A stretch of DNA of 60,300 nucleotides, filler included, from Hausera hauseri (taxonomy: Eukaryota): the NCBI GenBank assembly GCA_046269625.1. It is 9 parts of 9 records of this genome, joined end to end, with 100 filler letters (N's around TTAATTAATTAA, not from the genome) between each part and the next. Parts side by side here need not be neighbours in the genome. Positions count along the whole stretch, not along the records: positions 22,459 to 27,678 come from JBJURY010304500.1; positions 27,779 to 34,870 come from JBJURY010038112.1; 7 more parts are not named here. One strand, given 5' to 3'. Below are positions 23,168 to 34,870 of this stretch, piece by piece. The notes below the pieces were generated by a model that saw only the letters and a list, made by a program, of their open reading frames with translations, had not been told where the DNA came from and did no database searches. Each line of letters begins with the position of its first letter. Position 1 is the first letter of the stretch. The translations under genes and the position numbers were made by a program.

Positions 23168-26100
23168 TGTGCCAGCACTGTGGCGAGAAACCGAGCTGTG
23201 CCAGCGACCATGGCACCACATCATCCCCCCCGCCGTGTAGAAAAGAGACTATGTAAAAATGAAACGGAATGACGAAGATAATATAGATGAGAGCAAGTGA
23301 GTCGTGAAAAGCAACAATGTTTGGTGCCTATTCGGTTTTGGTAAGAGTTAAGCGTTGTGTTCCATCAATAAACTTTTCTCTGCTGTACGTATTGAATGTC
23401 ACTCTACGTACCTTACTCGATGGATTAGCGCTGGGCTGTTGTGTGATATTTTGTGATGGAGGTGATAGAGAAGATGAGTCACGCAAGAAAGGAGATAAAG
23501 GTTGTGAGCATGATGACGTAAAGTGAAGTGAAACGGATGGAGGAAATGATGATGATTGAGTGTAATCGAGTAGTGATTGCTGCACCGGCGAAAAATTGTT
23601 TAGAAAGTCAGTGGAAGTGCTAGCTGAGTCTAAATTGAATGTGGAATTGTTATTTGGAATGTTGTCAATAAAGAAAGCAGGCATCAGATTCGAAATATGG
23701 ACGTTGTAAGGCTTGTCTTGGCGTAAAATGGTAGACATGTGAGATGATAAATTCAACAGTTTGTGCGGGCCAACGCATTGAGATCTAAAACCAGAAGGAG
23801 ATTGATCTTTTAACCACACAAACTTGGCAGAGTATAAATCCTTCGGAATGTAGAATTTGTTGTTGTTAAAGAGGCGGCAGAATGAATCTGAGCTGACCTC
23901 GACAAAGTAAGATTGTGCAGCACGAATGTTTTCGTCTGTGGAGTTGTCGTCGAGACCAGAAAGCTCAAACAAGGCCCTAATTGGAGTCCCAAAGAGTGCT
24001 TCGGCTGGAGCTCAACCGGTAATGGTCGAAGGTGTGTTGCTCCAACTTAGTAGAACAAATGGTAGAATGGACGTCCAATTACGATTAGTATCAGCCAAGA
24101 TTTTTAATGAGACTTTCATTGTGCAATGGAACCTTTCCAGGAGGCCATTTGCTTGGGGATGATATGGAGTTGTATGGAGATGAGATATCCCCAAGTGTTT
24201 TACTAGAGATTTGAATAGTTCTGATTCAAATTGTTGACCTTGATCAGTTATTATGTAACGTGGAGAATCAAAGCGACTGATCCAGATTTTAATAAAAGCG
24301 TCAGCTACTGAATCAGTGTTTGTCGAACGAAGAGGAACGGCTTCAGGCCAACGAGAAACACGATCCATCATAGTAAGTATGTGTTTATATCCGTTGTCAG
24401 CAGGTAAAGGACCAACTAAATCAAGATGAACTGTATGAAAGCGTGATGTACAGGGAAAGTGGTAAAGTAATGGTTTAAAGTGTTTGTTGATCTTGTATTT
24501 TTGACAGGCTATACATTCTTTAATCCAGTCCTGTACATCTTTATGCATTGATGGACATATTACGTGACGTTGTAGCAGACGGAAGGTAGCTTTCGAATCT
24601 GGATGATGGAGTGAATGCGTATGGACAAAAGCTGACTTTTGTAAAGCTGGTGCTAGGATAAACTTTTTATTGCCTGTAATAGACGTATCAAAAGCTATTC
24701 CATCAATGATCTCAAAGGATTTGAAAGAACTGAGTAACTCAGCAGATGGTTGATTGGCCTTTAAGACTTCAACTGATAAAATCGGCTCAACTGTAATGGA
24801 TCCAATCGACCTCGATAGAAAGTCAACTACCAAGTTATCCGAACCTGAGATATATTCCAACGTAAACCTGAACGTTGATAGGTATTATATATGTTTCTCT
24901 TGCCTTGGTGATGGCTCTTTTAACGACATGATGTGCAGCAGAGGCGTATGGTCAGTTTGAGTGACGAATGGACAATAGAGACGTAAGTGTTTGAAGTGTT
25001 TTACTGCCAGAACTATGGCAAGTAATTCGCGATCGAATGTGGAGTAACGGCTCTCAGGTTGTGTTAGTTTCCTAGAATAAAATTCTAATGGCTCGTCGAC
25101 ACCATTAGAGATCTGGTGTAGTACAGCGCCAGTAGCTGTGGTTGAGGCATCGGTTGTAAGAATAAGATCTGCCTTGGGTTTCGGATAAGCCAGTATTTCT
25201 ACGGTTTTAAGACCTTCGCGCAAGTGATCAAACTTGGTTACCAAATCAGGAGTCCAGTGGATCAACTGCCTCTTTTTACCGGATGATAGATGTGCGAAAG
25301 GAGCTGTGAGCTCAGAGCAATGAGGCACGTATTTGTGGATGAAGTGGAGTGTGCCTAAAAAGCTTCTCATGTCAGTGGTAGTTGTTGGTAGCGTTATGTT
25401 CTTTAATTGTTGTAGTCGATCTGGTTGTGGAGAGTGGCCGTCAGGAGTGGTGATGTGATCTAGGAAGTTTGCAAGTTTTTGAAAGAAATTACACTTGGCG
25501 AAGTTGACTTGCAAATTGCTATGATGTAATCTGTGAAAGATAATACGAAGATGTTCTTGATGTTGTTTGACATACATAGAGGCAACTAGTATATCATCAA
25601 TATATAGATGAGCGAAATCTAGGCCTGAGAGTACGGTATCAATGTGCCGTTGAAAAGTTTGAGAAGTACTACGTAAACCAAATGGCATAAAGATATATTT
25701 GTAGAGGCCAAATGTAGTAATAATAGCAGTTTTGGAATATCATCAGGTGCAACAGGAATTTGGTGATATGCTTTATGTAAGTCAATTGTGGAGTACGTGT
25801 TAGTGTTGGTAAGGCTATTCAGGATGTCATTTATAAGAGGTAAGGGGTAAGCATCCAGGATTTTTAGATTATTTAACTGCCGATAATTACCGCATGGTCT
25901 GTATGTGCCATTTTGCTTCGTCACAACATGAAAAGGCGAAGCCCATGGTGATTTGGATCGTCGAATAATGCCAGCCTTTTCGAGTTTACTGAACACTGAT
26001 TCAACAGCTTTTCTTCTGCGAGGTAAAAGTGGGCTCACCTTTTGTCTGATAGGTCTTTGGTGTTCGGTGACTATGTGGTGATATGTTGTAGATTGTGGCT

Positions 26101-27678
26101 TGAAATTGATGTCCTTCTTAAGAGTACGGGAACAAAAAGTTTTAGTGTAGGATTTAAGATCAGAACCCAACGATAAGAATGATGAGGGCATATCATTGAA
26201 AGATTCAGTGGCTGTAATTGATTTAGAATGACAAAATGCTTCATTACCGACATTTGGTTCAGCCGATTGTTTAAGGATTGATTTGCTCCCACTTGACGAG
26301 ATTGAAAATATTGATGAAATGTTAAGCATGTTGTTGTCAAACGATGAACAGGATGTCAAATTGACATTTAAATAAGCAGAGGAAGACAAAGTGTCCGACT
26401 GTTCGTTTGCTGAGCATTTGTTAGAATTTGCAACGAAGTTTCTGCGCAGGAAGCATTTATGCTTGCAGTCGACTAACAAATCGTATGCAGCCAAGAAATC
26501 GGAGCCTATTATGGGCGATCTGATGTTGGCTATATGAAATTTCCAGAAGAATTTCCCTGGTAGGTCGGAGAATGTGAAAGTCGGTTTTGTGGTACCTACA
26601 ATGTTCAAAGGTTCACGACAGGCAGTGAAAAGTGGAGGAGAGAAAACTGTTAGATGTAGGAGCGAAAGACAAAGGAAGAAGTGAAAAAGCAGCTCCTGAA
26701 TCGATAAGGAAATCTATTTGTGATGTGTCGCCAAATAGCAGATGAGCTTTCAACAGAAAGAATGCAGATGCGGTGTTGAAACGGCCAGAAGATTGAATGA
26801 TATTGCCTGTGTCAGAATGTGCCGTGGCATCTGGTGGCACTATTGGTTTTTTGAGACTTGTTGAGTAAAAGAAGAATGATGAGTACAAGGAGGCGAAGAA
26901 GATGGAGAGAAATTAGAATTCCTTTTATAATATTTGCATCATGGCACACACGACTTAGCCTTGGACTAATACTTTGTGTGATAGATGCAGATTGGATTGT
27001 CTACTGCATATTGTTCATCGTAGAATCGACAGCCTAAAGCACATTTCCTTGCGTCTCGGCGGAATATGTTGTGATATAAACACGTCATTTTACCATCTCT
27101 AGATTTGGAACGAAAAAAGTGCCTGGAAAATCTGCGATTGTGTGAAATGCGATTTTCGCTTCCTCAAGTCACGGATAAGTCACTGAGTTGGGCTGCTATC
27201 GCAGAAATTGCTTATTAGAGTATGTCGAAATGCTTCTGCATCATATGCAGTTGTGCAAATAGAGTGATGTCTGAAGGTGTGTGAGCGGTTGCTGCCGCTA
27301 CTGGCTGTGAATTATTAGACTGCAGAATATCAAAACTTTTTTCCGCCAACAAAGCGAGTTTTTCAAAAACAGTAGAGTATAGATTTGCTGCTTGATGTCA
27401 GCTGGAAGTAATAGCAGCAAACTGTTAGCCCGCAAAAAGGAGTCCCGATTCACTTTAAGCCATTGCAAGTGGAACTGCAAACAAATGAGGCTTCAGTTTG
27501 TTTTATCTAGAAAAAAATCTGTGTAGGGGAGATTTAGAGATTTTGATGGTGTGGGGTTGACAGGACGACGACCAGACCTTGTTTTAGTGAAATTTTCGGC
27601 GGAAGGGTCAGGGTCTGATCCACCACGGATGCGAAAATGGACAATGAGATTCATGGAATAATTCCCGTGTGTAAAGGA
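23168..27678 (-). mobile_element. CsRn1-like Ty3/Gypsy copy B (Ubl-GG end, internally deleted gag, PR, RT, RNase H, integrase, PPT, 3' LTR start)
   Basis: LIVHFRIRGG; FLIDSGAAFSLLP; YIDDILV; TTDAS; YSTFDRELLA; HLDLVGPLP; TDQGQQFES; YHPQANGLLERFH; PPT GGGGGGGATGA followed by TGTGGTGCC at 23220. Confidence 0.95.
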
Positions 27679-27778
27679 NNNNNNNNNNNNNNNNNNNNNN
27701 NNNNNNNNNNNNNNNNNNNNNNTTAATTAATTAANNNNNNNNNNNNNNNNNNNNNNNNNNNNNNNNNNNNNNNNNNNN

Positions 27779-30700
27779 AAACTCCTCATTTCTGTTGTTG
27801 TCCAAGGTAGTTGCACATTTTTAGGGCTTCAACTCAATCGGGCTGAGGCGAGTGACCTTCAGAAGAACTAATGTGACCAAGGAAATTTACACGCTTCTGG
27901 AAAAGTGACATTTGTAGAAATTGATCTGTAGGTTATGCTGGTGTAAACTTTGAAAGATTGATCTGAGGTGTTCTTCGTGTTGTTGGGTCGAAGAGGAAGC
28001 AATTAATACGTCATCGATTTAGGGGTGAGCATATGGAAAATCATAAAGGATAGCATCGATGTGGCGTTGAAAAGTCTGTGCAGCATTCCGTAGGCCGAAA
28101 GACATATACAGATATTCATAAAGCCGAAAGGAGTAGTTACGGCTGTTTTTTCGATATCTTCAGGTGCCATCAGAATTTGGTGGTAGGCTTTGAATAAATC
28201 AGTGATAGAATAAATTGTGGTGTTATTAAGACGGTGTAAGATATCATTAATGAGTGGTAGCGGGTATGCATCCATTATTGTCAAAGTGTTCAACTGACGA
28301 TAATCACCACATGGTCTAAAAGTTCCATACCTCTTTTGCACGACATGTAACGGCGACAACCATGGGGATTTGAAGCGACGTACAATGCCGGAACGATCGA
28401 GGTCTAGAAATTCCGCTTCAACGGTCTGTCTACGACGAGAAGATAATGGACGCACTTTTTGGCGGATAGGTCTTTGATTTTGTGTTACAATTTGGTGAAA
28501 AGTGGTATTGGCTGGTATAAAAGATCTGTCTTTTTGAATTATTCTAGAACAGGATACGTTAGTGAATTGCTGCAGACTTGCAAGTAATTGTGAAAAGTTT
28601 GTTGGAAGCGAGATGGTTTTATCGGTAACTGTTACAATTTGGGCGTTAATTGGTGATCTAAAATGAAATGGTATTCGATGCTGGATGGTAGTATTAAAGA
28701 TGGTATTTTAGGTTGTAGTTTTATTTAATGATTTGGCAGTGGTAACAAAATCATGCTAATTGCCGTGCAAACTCCAATCGTCAGTAATATTGTTCTTCAA
28801 TAACTTATAAAACAAGGTACCATAATTGTAAAAAAAAGGTTGGTTCAACGGTTTTTTAATATCGGTTTTCGAGCTGCATTCATCCGCACGACAGCCGAAA
28901 TGGTATTGGCGTGATCGATTCACTCCTTATTGCAACCACTTTCTAAGTAATGTTGTTTGCAATCGACAAGGAGATTACAGTGAGAAAGAAAGGCGGATCC
29001 TAAAATGGCTGTGTGGACGTTTGCAACGGTAAACGTCCAGTGGAACGTCGGAGTAAATTTTGGAATGGTAAAAGAAAGTCTACATGTACCGGAAACGTGT
29101 AGCGGTTGTCCGGAAGCTGCAAATAAAGGTTTATTTTTGGATTAAGTGTGTTGAGTAGGAAATGTGAGCGGCAGTAAAGAAATCACTGCACCTGAATCGA
29201 TAAGGAAGTATATTTGGCGAGTTGTTGGTAACGTAGTTACTGCTTTTATTGTAAATATAGCGAAAGAAAGTTTTCGGCTGGTAGGAACTGGAGGATCGCC
29301 TTCGTCGGGACTCGCCGTAAGCTCTGGCGGCGGAACTAGTTTTTTGGCAGTGGTGAACTTGGACGGCTATTAGAAAGTAAGAGAGAACGTTTTACGTTCG
29401 CATGTTGAGTGTTGCTTCTAAAGGTACAACCAGATATACACTTATGTGCATCATTCTTAAACTTTGCGTGGTAAATGCAAATAGCGTTGTTAATTTGATA
29501 TTTTTGGGTGTAAAATCGGTAGCCGAGATGATATTTTTGAGCTTTATGAGCAAACCTATCATGGTAAAAACAGATCAGCGATCGCACAGGAGAAGGTGAT
29601 TGACCTCTGGGTACAGAGCGTGTGCGATCGGAGGCGGAACCCTTTCGTTGAGTCATAGATATTTCATTTAATCTATCGATGATGCTGTTTACTGTATTAT
29701 GTAGGGCTTCGTTTTCGGACCGCAACTGTTGTATTTGATATTCTAATGTGTTGTCGTTTGCTGTAAGCGCTGTAGAAATGACAGATTGTGTGTTTAGGTG
29801 TAAAATCTCGTAAATTTTGTCTGCAAGTTCGGCTAACTTATCTAGCGCCGTCGATTCCTCAACGACGGTAAGCATGGCCCTGATCTGAATTGGTAATGCG
29901 TTTAGAAAGTAACATCGTAAGAGATCGGAATTATTTCGTTTTGAAACGCCGAGTGTTTGCAGTTGGGCGAGAGGGGTTCTGAGAAAACCGGATGTTTTTT
30001 GTGTACCAATAAAGTTATCGTTAAAGAATCTATGGATTATGGAATTTATGGACGGTTCCGTGAGTTTTAAAACTGCATTATAGAGATGGGTGTATGGGTC
30101 GGATTGTTGAAAGATGACTAAAATATCGTGAAGATAAGTCTTTACTGTGTTTGATAAGAGGCAAAGTAAACTATGAGCTTTGGTTGAGGGATCGAAAGTA
30201 CTGTTAGACTGAAGCCAAGGTTTGTGAAAGTTAAGCCATGTTTTGCTGGACCTTTCTTGGTCAAAGTATTCTGTGCACTGAGAAGTGTGTTTGGGTGGAG
30301 GGAGGGTAGGGGTATAAGTGGTGAAAGTAAATGGTGTGGTGACGGTCGCTGACTTTTGGAGAAAAGTGATGTGTATTAGTTTAGAGTTGATTTTATCAGT
30401 AATGTCAATGGTGGGCGAAGAATACATGCCACCACTGATACGAATGTGTACGTGATTAATAATATATTGCGTTGAAGGAACACAAAGTTTGCGAAAATTG
30501 ACATTGATTAAAGGTAGATGGTGAAAAGTGGGGTAAAAATCAAAGATATTAGCAAAGTGTTGTACTTAATTGTGTAAGTAGTGTGAGTCTATAAAATACG
30601 TTGTTTTGTGCGTGAGCAATTGGCAACTATTTAGGAAGAATAAAAAGGAAAAAGTCGGTGTGAGACCTAGTGGTTGGTGTGATGACATAACGGACCGTGG

Positions 30701-30800
30701 CGTGGGACCCACTGACATAGGACAGACGGCCGGGCAGTCGGTCACACTGAGATGCACCTGAAAAGCCGGGGTGACCGAGTACCCTCCGGTGGGTCCAGTC
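27779..30800 (-). mobile_element. CsRn1-like Ty3/Gypsy copy C (leader, Ubl-gag, PR, partial RT)
   Basis: 363-aa gag ORF preceded in frame by HVHIRISGG; FLIDSGAVISLLP; RPCGDYRQLN; DLFKAYHQI. Confidence 0.94.
29336..30718 (-). pseudogene. gag: Ubl-Gag of copy C (one internal stop at 30566)
   Basis: ATG 30718 MSVGPTP..TFSFLFFLN..HN*VQHFANIFDFYPTFHH..INHVHIRISGG then MYSSPTID.. through two CHCC-type motifs to PKN-stop. Confidence 0.85.
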
Positions 30801-31176
30801 AGATGTGTTTTGTCAATTGTTCAATCATATTTCCGCGCAGATAGACAATCAACTAAATAGCATCAGTAGAAACGATTTTACAACTGTCCAAAGTAATAGA
30901 ACGCAAATTAAGGTTTGGAATATCAAGAAGTATATCAATATATACTCCTCAAATCAGTTTCAAAGGATGACAGAGGACGTCTATTAAAAATAAGTGGTCT
31001 GACAGACTGTGGGTAGGAAAAACTCGACGTATTCCAGGTGTATGGATTTAAGGGATGGCCGTGGAACTCGTTTGTAAGTTTTGTCGAAAATCTGTCGATA
31101 ACATGGCTGATGGATTTGGAGTACTTCCATAACTTATTCCAATGAAACGTAAAAAGAAGGCGGAACTCAGTGTACC

Positions 31177-32260
31177 TTACCATGACAACAGCATAGTGAA
31201 TGAATTTTTAAAGGCGTTCCCAAGTAAGTCAGAGTCTGACTTACTTAAAAGTCTTGTTAGACTTTTATTTATCTTAATGAAGTGAAATCTCGCTATAAGC
31301 CCTGCTGTCTTTATATCATTTCCTCTTAAATCAAGTTTAAGGAGCTGTATATATGGCATATACGGCCTCAATAATGAACGATTAGTCAGCAAACCGTCAC
31401 GAAGTGAATGAAAACCATCACTAGAAATCGGATGGTCGTCAATATTGAGGGACTGTAAACGTTTTGTGGCTTTTAGTGCGTCGGCTGACGCTGGCATTCC
31501 ATTGTGTGTTATGGAGTTGCACCATATGCTGAGATTAATCAAACCATTTCCTGGCCTTTCATTTTAGGTTCTATTTTGTGCATTTAAGGACTGATCACAA
31601 ATAGCATCAGCGATATGGCCTAACCCGACATCCCCAAGAAAATTATTTTTGACCTTCAATAACTCCACATGGCAAATGACTTTGAGCAAAGAACGTAATT
31701 GGATTCTATCGGACGGTACCATTCGATTATGCGCCAAATATAAATCTCCCGGATGAAGAATTAATTTCAAGGATGGTGAAAGTATTGGTGGATTATGTGA
31801 ACAAATATTTGAATTCACTAGGTATAGTGGCTTTAAGTAAGGGTTTTGTTTAAAGGAGGTGATGTTGTGTCAGTCAATATGGTACCGTTACAGTCTATTA
31901 TTTCAAGATATAGTCCCGTTTTGAGCATTTTGGCGCACACAGTAAATCCGATATACGAAATCGTTGAATTCAAAAACAGAACAAGACGATTACAAGACTC
32001 GAAATATTCAACGACCTTAAACAACGCTGCTGACGATACGTCGTCTAAAAGGAAATTTTCGAAATTTAACGTATTGAATTGAACACCTTTAAAGATTTCC
32101 TCAAGACACTCGACTTGTTTAAGTTCTAATTTGACACCTGATAAATTCGGCATATCGTATCGTTCGTGGCAAACTTCAACATCAATACCTTTAAGTTGTT
32201 CAAGCAAAAACGGAATTGGTTTGATATTGAAATGTTCACATGCCTTTTATATCCTAATAT
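31177..32260 (-). pseudogene. PPP1R37: PPP1R37/LRRC68-like leucine-rich-repeat protein, disabled copy
   Basis: LEQL..LSGVKLELKQVECLEEIFKGVQF..LDDVSSAALFKVVEYFESC; LYLAHN; NNFLGDVGL; LSIWCNSITHNGM; LDLRGNDIKTAGL. These follow PPP1R37 order; stops, frameshifts and deletions present, no obvious introns. Confidence 0.82.
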
Positions 32261-33269
32261 TAATTCTTCTGAAGAACAAAAATGTTTTTCTGCCCAATAT
32301 CTTTTTGTTTCAAAATAATCTGACTCTATATCGCTATCAGCACTATATAGAAATACAAAAAACAGGATTCATTAAAAGGCATATTAAAAAAAGCGATTGC
32401 CGAACGATTCATACACAATTATAATACCTACCCCACCGTGTACCAGTTTTACGAACGAGAATAGCGTGAAAGTGTCCGGAATGTCCGTGGATGGCCGTAG
32501 TAATTTCTGACACCACTGTTGTAATTCATAAGTAATTCCTTTGATTTCATCATAGCAAGAGCAGTACAATAATGTATTTAAAATACCTCAACAGCTTATT
32601 TTCCAATGATACTATCTGTTTGTTTTACAACAACGTAAGAAGGTAAAAATTCATTAATGGAAAGAATTTAATAACGTAAATCTATTCAAAGTTTAAACAA
32701 TATACATAATCAACTGTAAAAAATCAATGTTAATACAACAGACGAGATATTCATGTTAAATTATTGTTTTATAAACTTTTGAACTTGAATTGTCTTCTTC
32801 ATTTTGAATCAATTTCAGGAATATTTTATCCAGCTTGTCCATAATACTGACAATTCCAATTTCAACACTGTTTACTCTTAGCGTTAACTGATGTGAATTT
32901 TCCTTTGATACGTCAGTTTTCTGTTAGATTCTCTGTAATTTCGTTTAGTACTGATTGTGAGTTGCATTCGCAGCACCATATCCTTCCGTCGCTGGCATCT
33001 TTGAAAAGATTTATTTTTTTATACTCAAGCACGAGGTCTCCATCTTTATCGTATTTTGCAAATATTCTTCGATTTCTTGATCAATGTGTCCGTACCTGAT
33101 CGATAATGCACTTCATTGGTAAATCAAACACTGAGAATTCCCCAGAAAGTTAGTAAAAGAGCCCATTGCCAAACCAAATAGTTGAATAGTGAAATGTACC
33201 GTTCGACTTTCGTCAGGTCAAATTTATCATAGGCTACACAGCTATATTCTGGCACAATGGGATAAAAAC

Positions 33270-34870
33270 GATAAAAGTGCATCAAATCGTCGGCAATTAC
33301 GAAGACAAATAAAACAAAGACAAATAAAAAACAACAACAGTGTATTTACAGGTCAATAAAATGTGCCAAAGAAGCACGGCTTTTGTTGGGCACAACATCA
33401 TCCCCCCGTGGAAAAGCATCGACTAGAGAGGTAAGAAAGTAGAAAAGGTGTAGAAAAAGTGTAAGCTACCTAAGTGGTCTTTGTATGAATAAGACATTGT
33501 ACCCCTGCAGTGTTAATTTCCTTACTGTAGGTACTAAATGTGACTAATTTGCGATTTTTCTATGTCTTTGAATCTGCTTGCTGAGGTAATTGAGGTACAA
33601 CAATTTCGGATTTTATCGTGTAAGGTGTTGTGTCGTTCAAGGACGAAGGATTTGGAGGAAGAGATGTAGTAGAAAGGAAAGTAAAGGATGTTAGGTTAGT
33701 AGGAGAGAACTTTGGGTAGGGTCCCTTAAAGAGTAGAAATAGGGGTCTGAATGGAAATGGGTGCAGGTGGTGGAGGAACTGAAAAAGAAAAGTGCGGAGG
33801 AGTCATACAGGGGGTAGAAGATTCAGTTGGGGGGAGTATCATCCATGAAAAGGCAAGCTTTACGTTGTTTGTATGCACCGCTAGTTCCTTACCGTCTTTA
33901 GAAATAATGGCATTGTGACAGTGCAATTAAACGAGTTTGTAGGGCCCAAAATACCGTGGTTGAAAACCATACGGCGTCTGGTTTCTCAGCCAGAAAAACT
34001 TTGCAGAATATAAATCATCGGGTAGGTAAGTTTTATTGTTATGTGTTATTCTGCAGAATGAGTCTTTGCTAACTGAGACGAAGTGGTTCTGTGTCGTTCG
34101 GATAGCTTCGTCTGCTGGTGTATATTCCAAGGCAGTAAGCTCAAATAATGAACGTACGGGTGCTCCGAATATGGCTTTCGTAGGGGAACAACCTGTTGAA
34201 GTGGAAGGAGGGTTTCGCCAACCCAGTAGAAGTAACAGAGGAAGGGCTGTCCAACTGCTATTGGATTCAGTGAGGATTCTCAGTGACGTTTTCAGTGTTT
34301 TGTGGAATCTCTCCAAAAGGCCATTTGGTAGGGGGGATACGGTGTTGAGTGTAAATGGCCGATTCATAATCGGTTAACGAGTGATTTAAACAGGTTGGAC
34401 TCAAACTGAGTACCTTGGTCCGTAATAAGGAATCTAGTGGATCCAAACCTGCTGGTCCAAGTGCGTATGAAAACGTCGGCTATTGTGTCCGTGTTAGTGC
34501 TCCGCAAAGGGACAGCTTCTGGCCATCGGGAGGAACGATCCTTCATTGTCAAAATGAACTGATGACCGTTGTCAGGAGGGAGCGGGCCAACAAGATCTAT
34601 ATGTACGGACTCGAAACGCAATGTGCAAAGGAAATGATACAATGGTGGCTTCAAATGCTTGATGGTTTTAAATTTCTGGCAGGCCACACATTCTTTAATC
34701 CACGATTGCACATCAGAACGCATTGACGACCAAGTCACCTGTCGGTGGAGCAAGCGAAAGGTGGTTTTAGTACCGGGGTGATGTATTGAATGTATGCTGT
34801 TGAATGCCTGCTTTTGCAAGGCTGAAGTTAAGATTATTTTAGGCTGTCCTGGTTTGTACGTATCGAAAGC
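33270..34870 (-). mobile_element. CsRn1-like Ty3/Gypsy copy F (integrase, S/P-rich tail, PPT, 3' LTR)
   Basis: HSIHHPG..CVAC (HHCC); HIDLVGPLP; TDQGTQFES; NGLLERFH; GPY; PPT GGGGGGATGA followed by TGTTGTGCCC at ~33397. LTR outer boundary approximate. Confidence 0.92.

Noticed and set aside
27600-27900. Copies B and C as a tandem or single element
   Set aside because: They are separated by an artificial spacer and have redundant, diverged domains.
32384-32569. Possible Piwi-like fragment (YDE..ELQQ..KL)
   Set aside because: Too short and lacks the diagnostic downstream motif.
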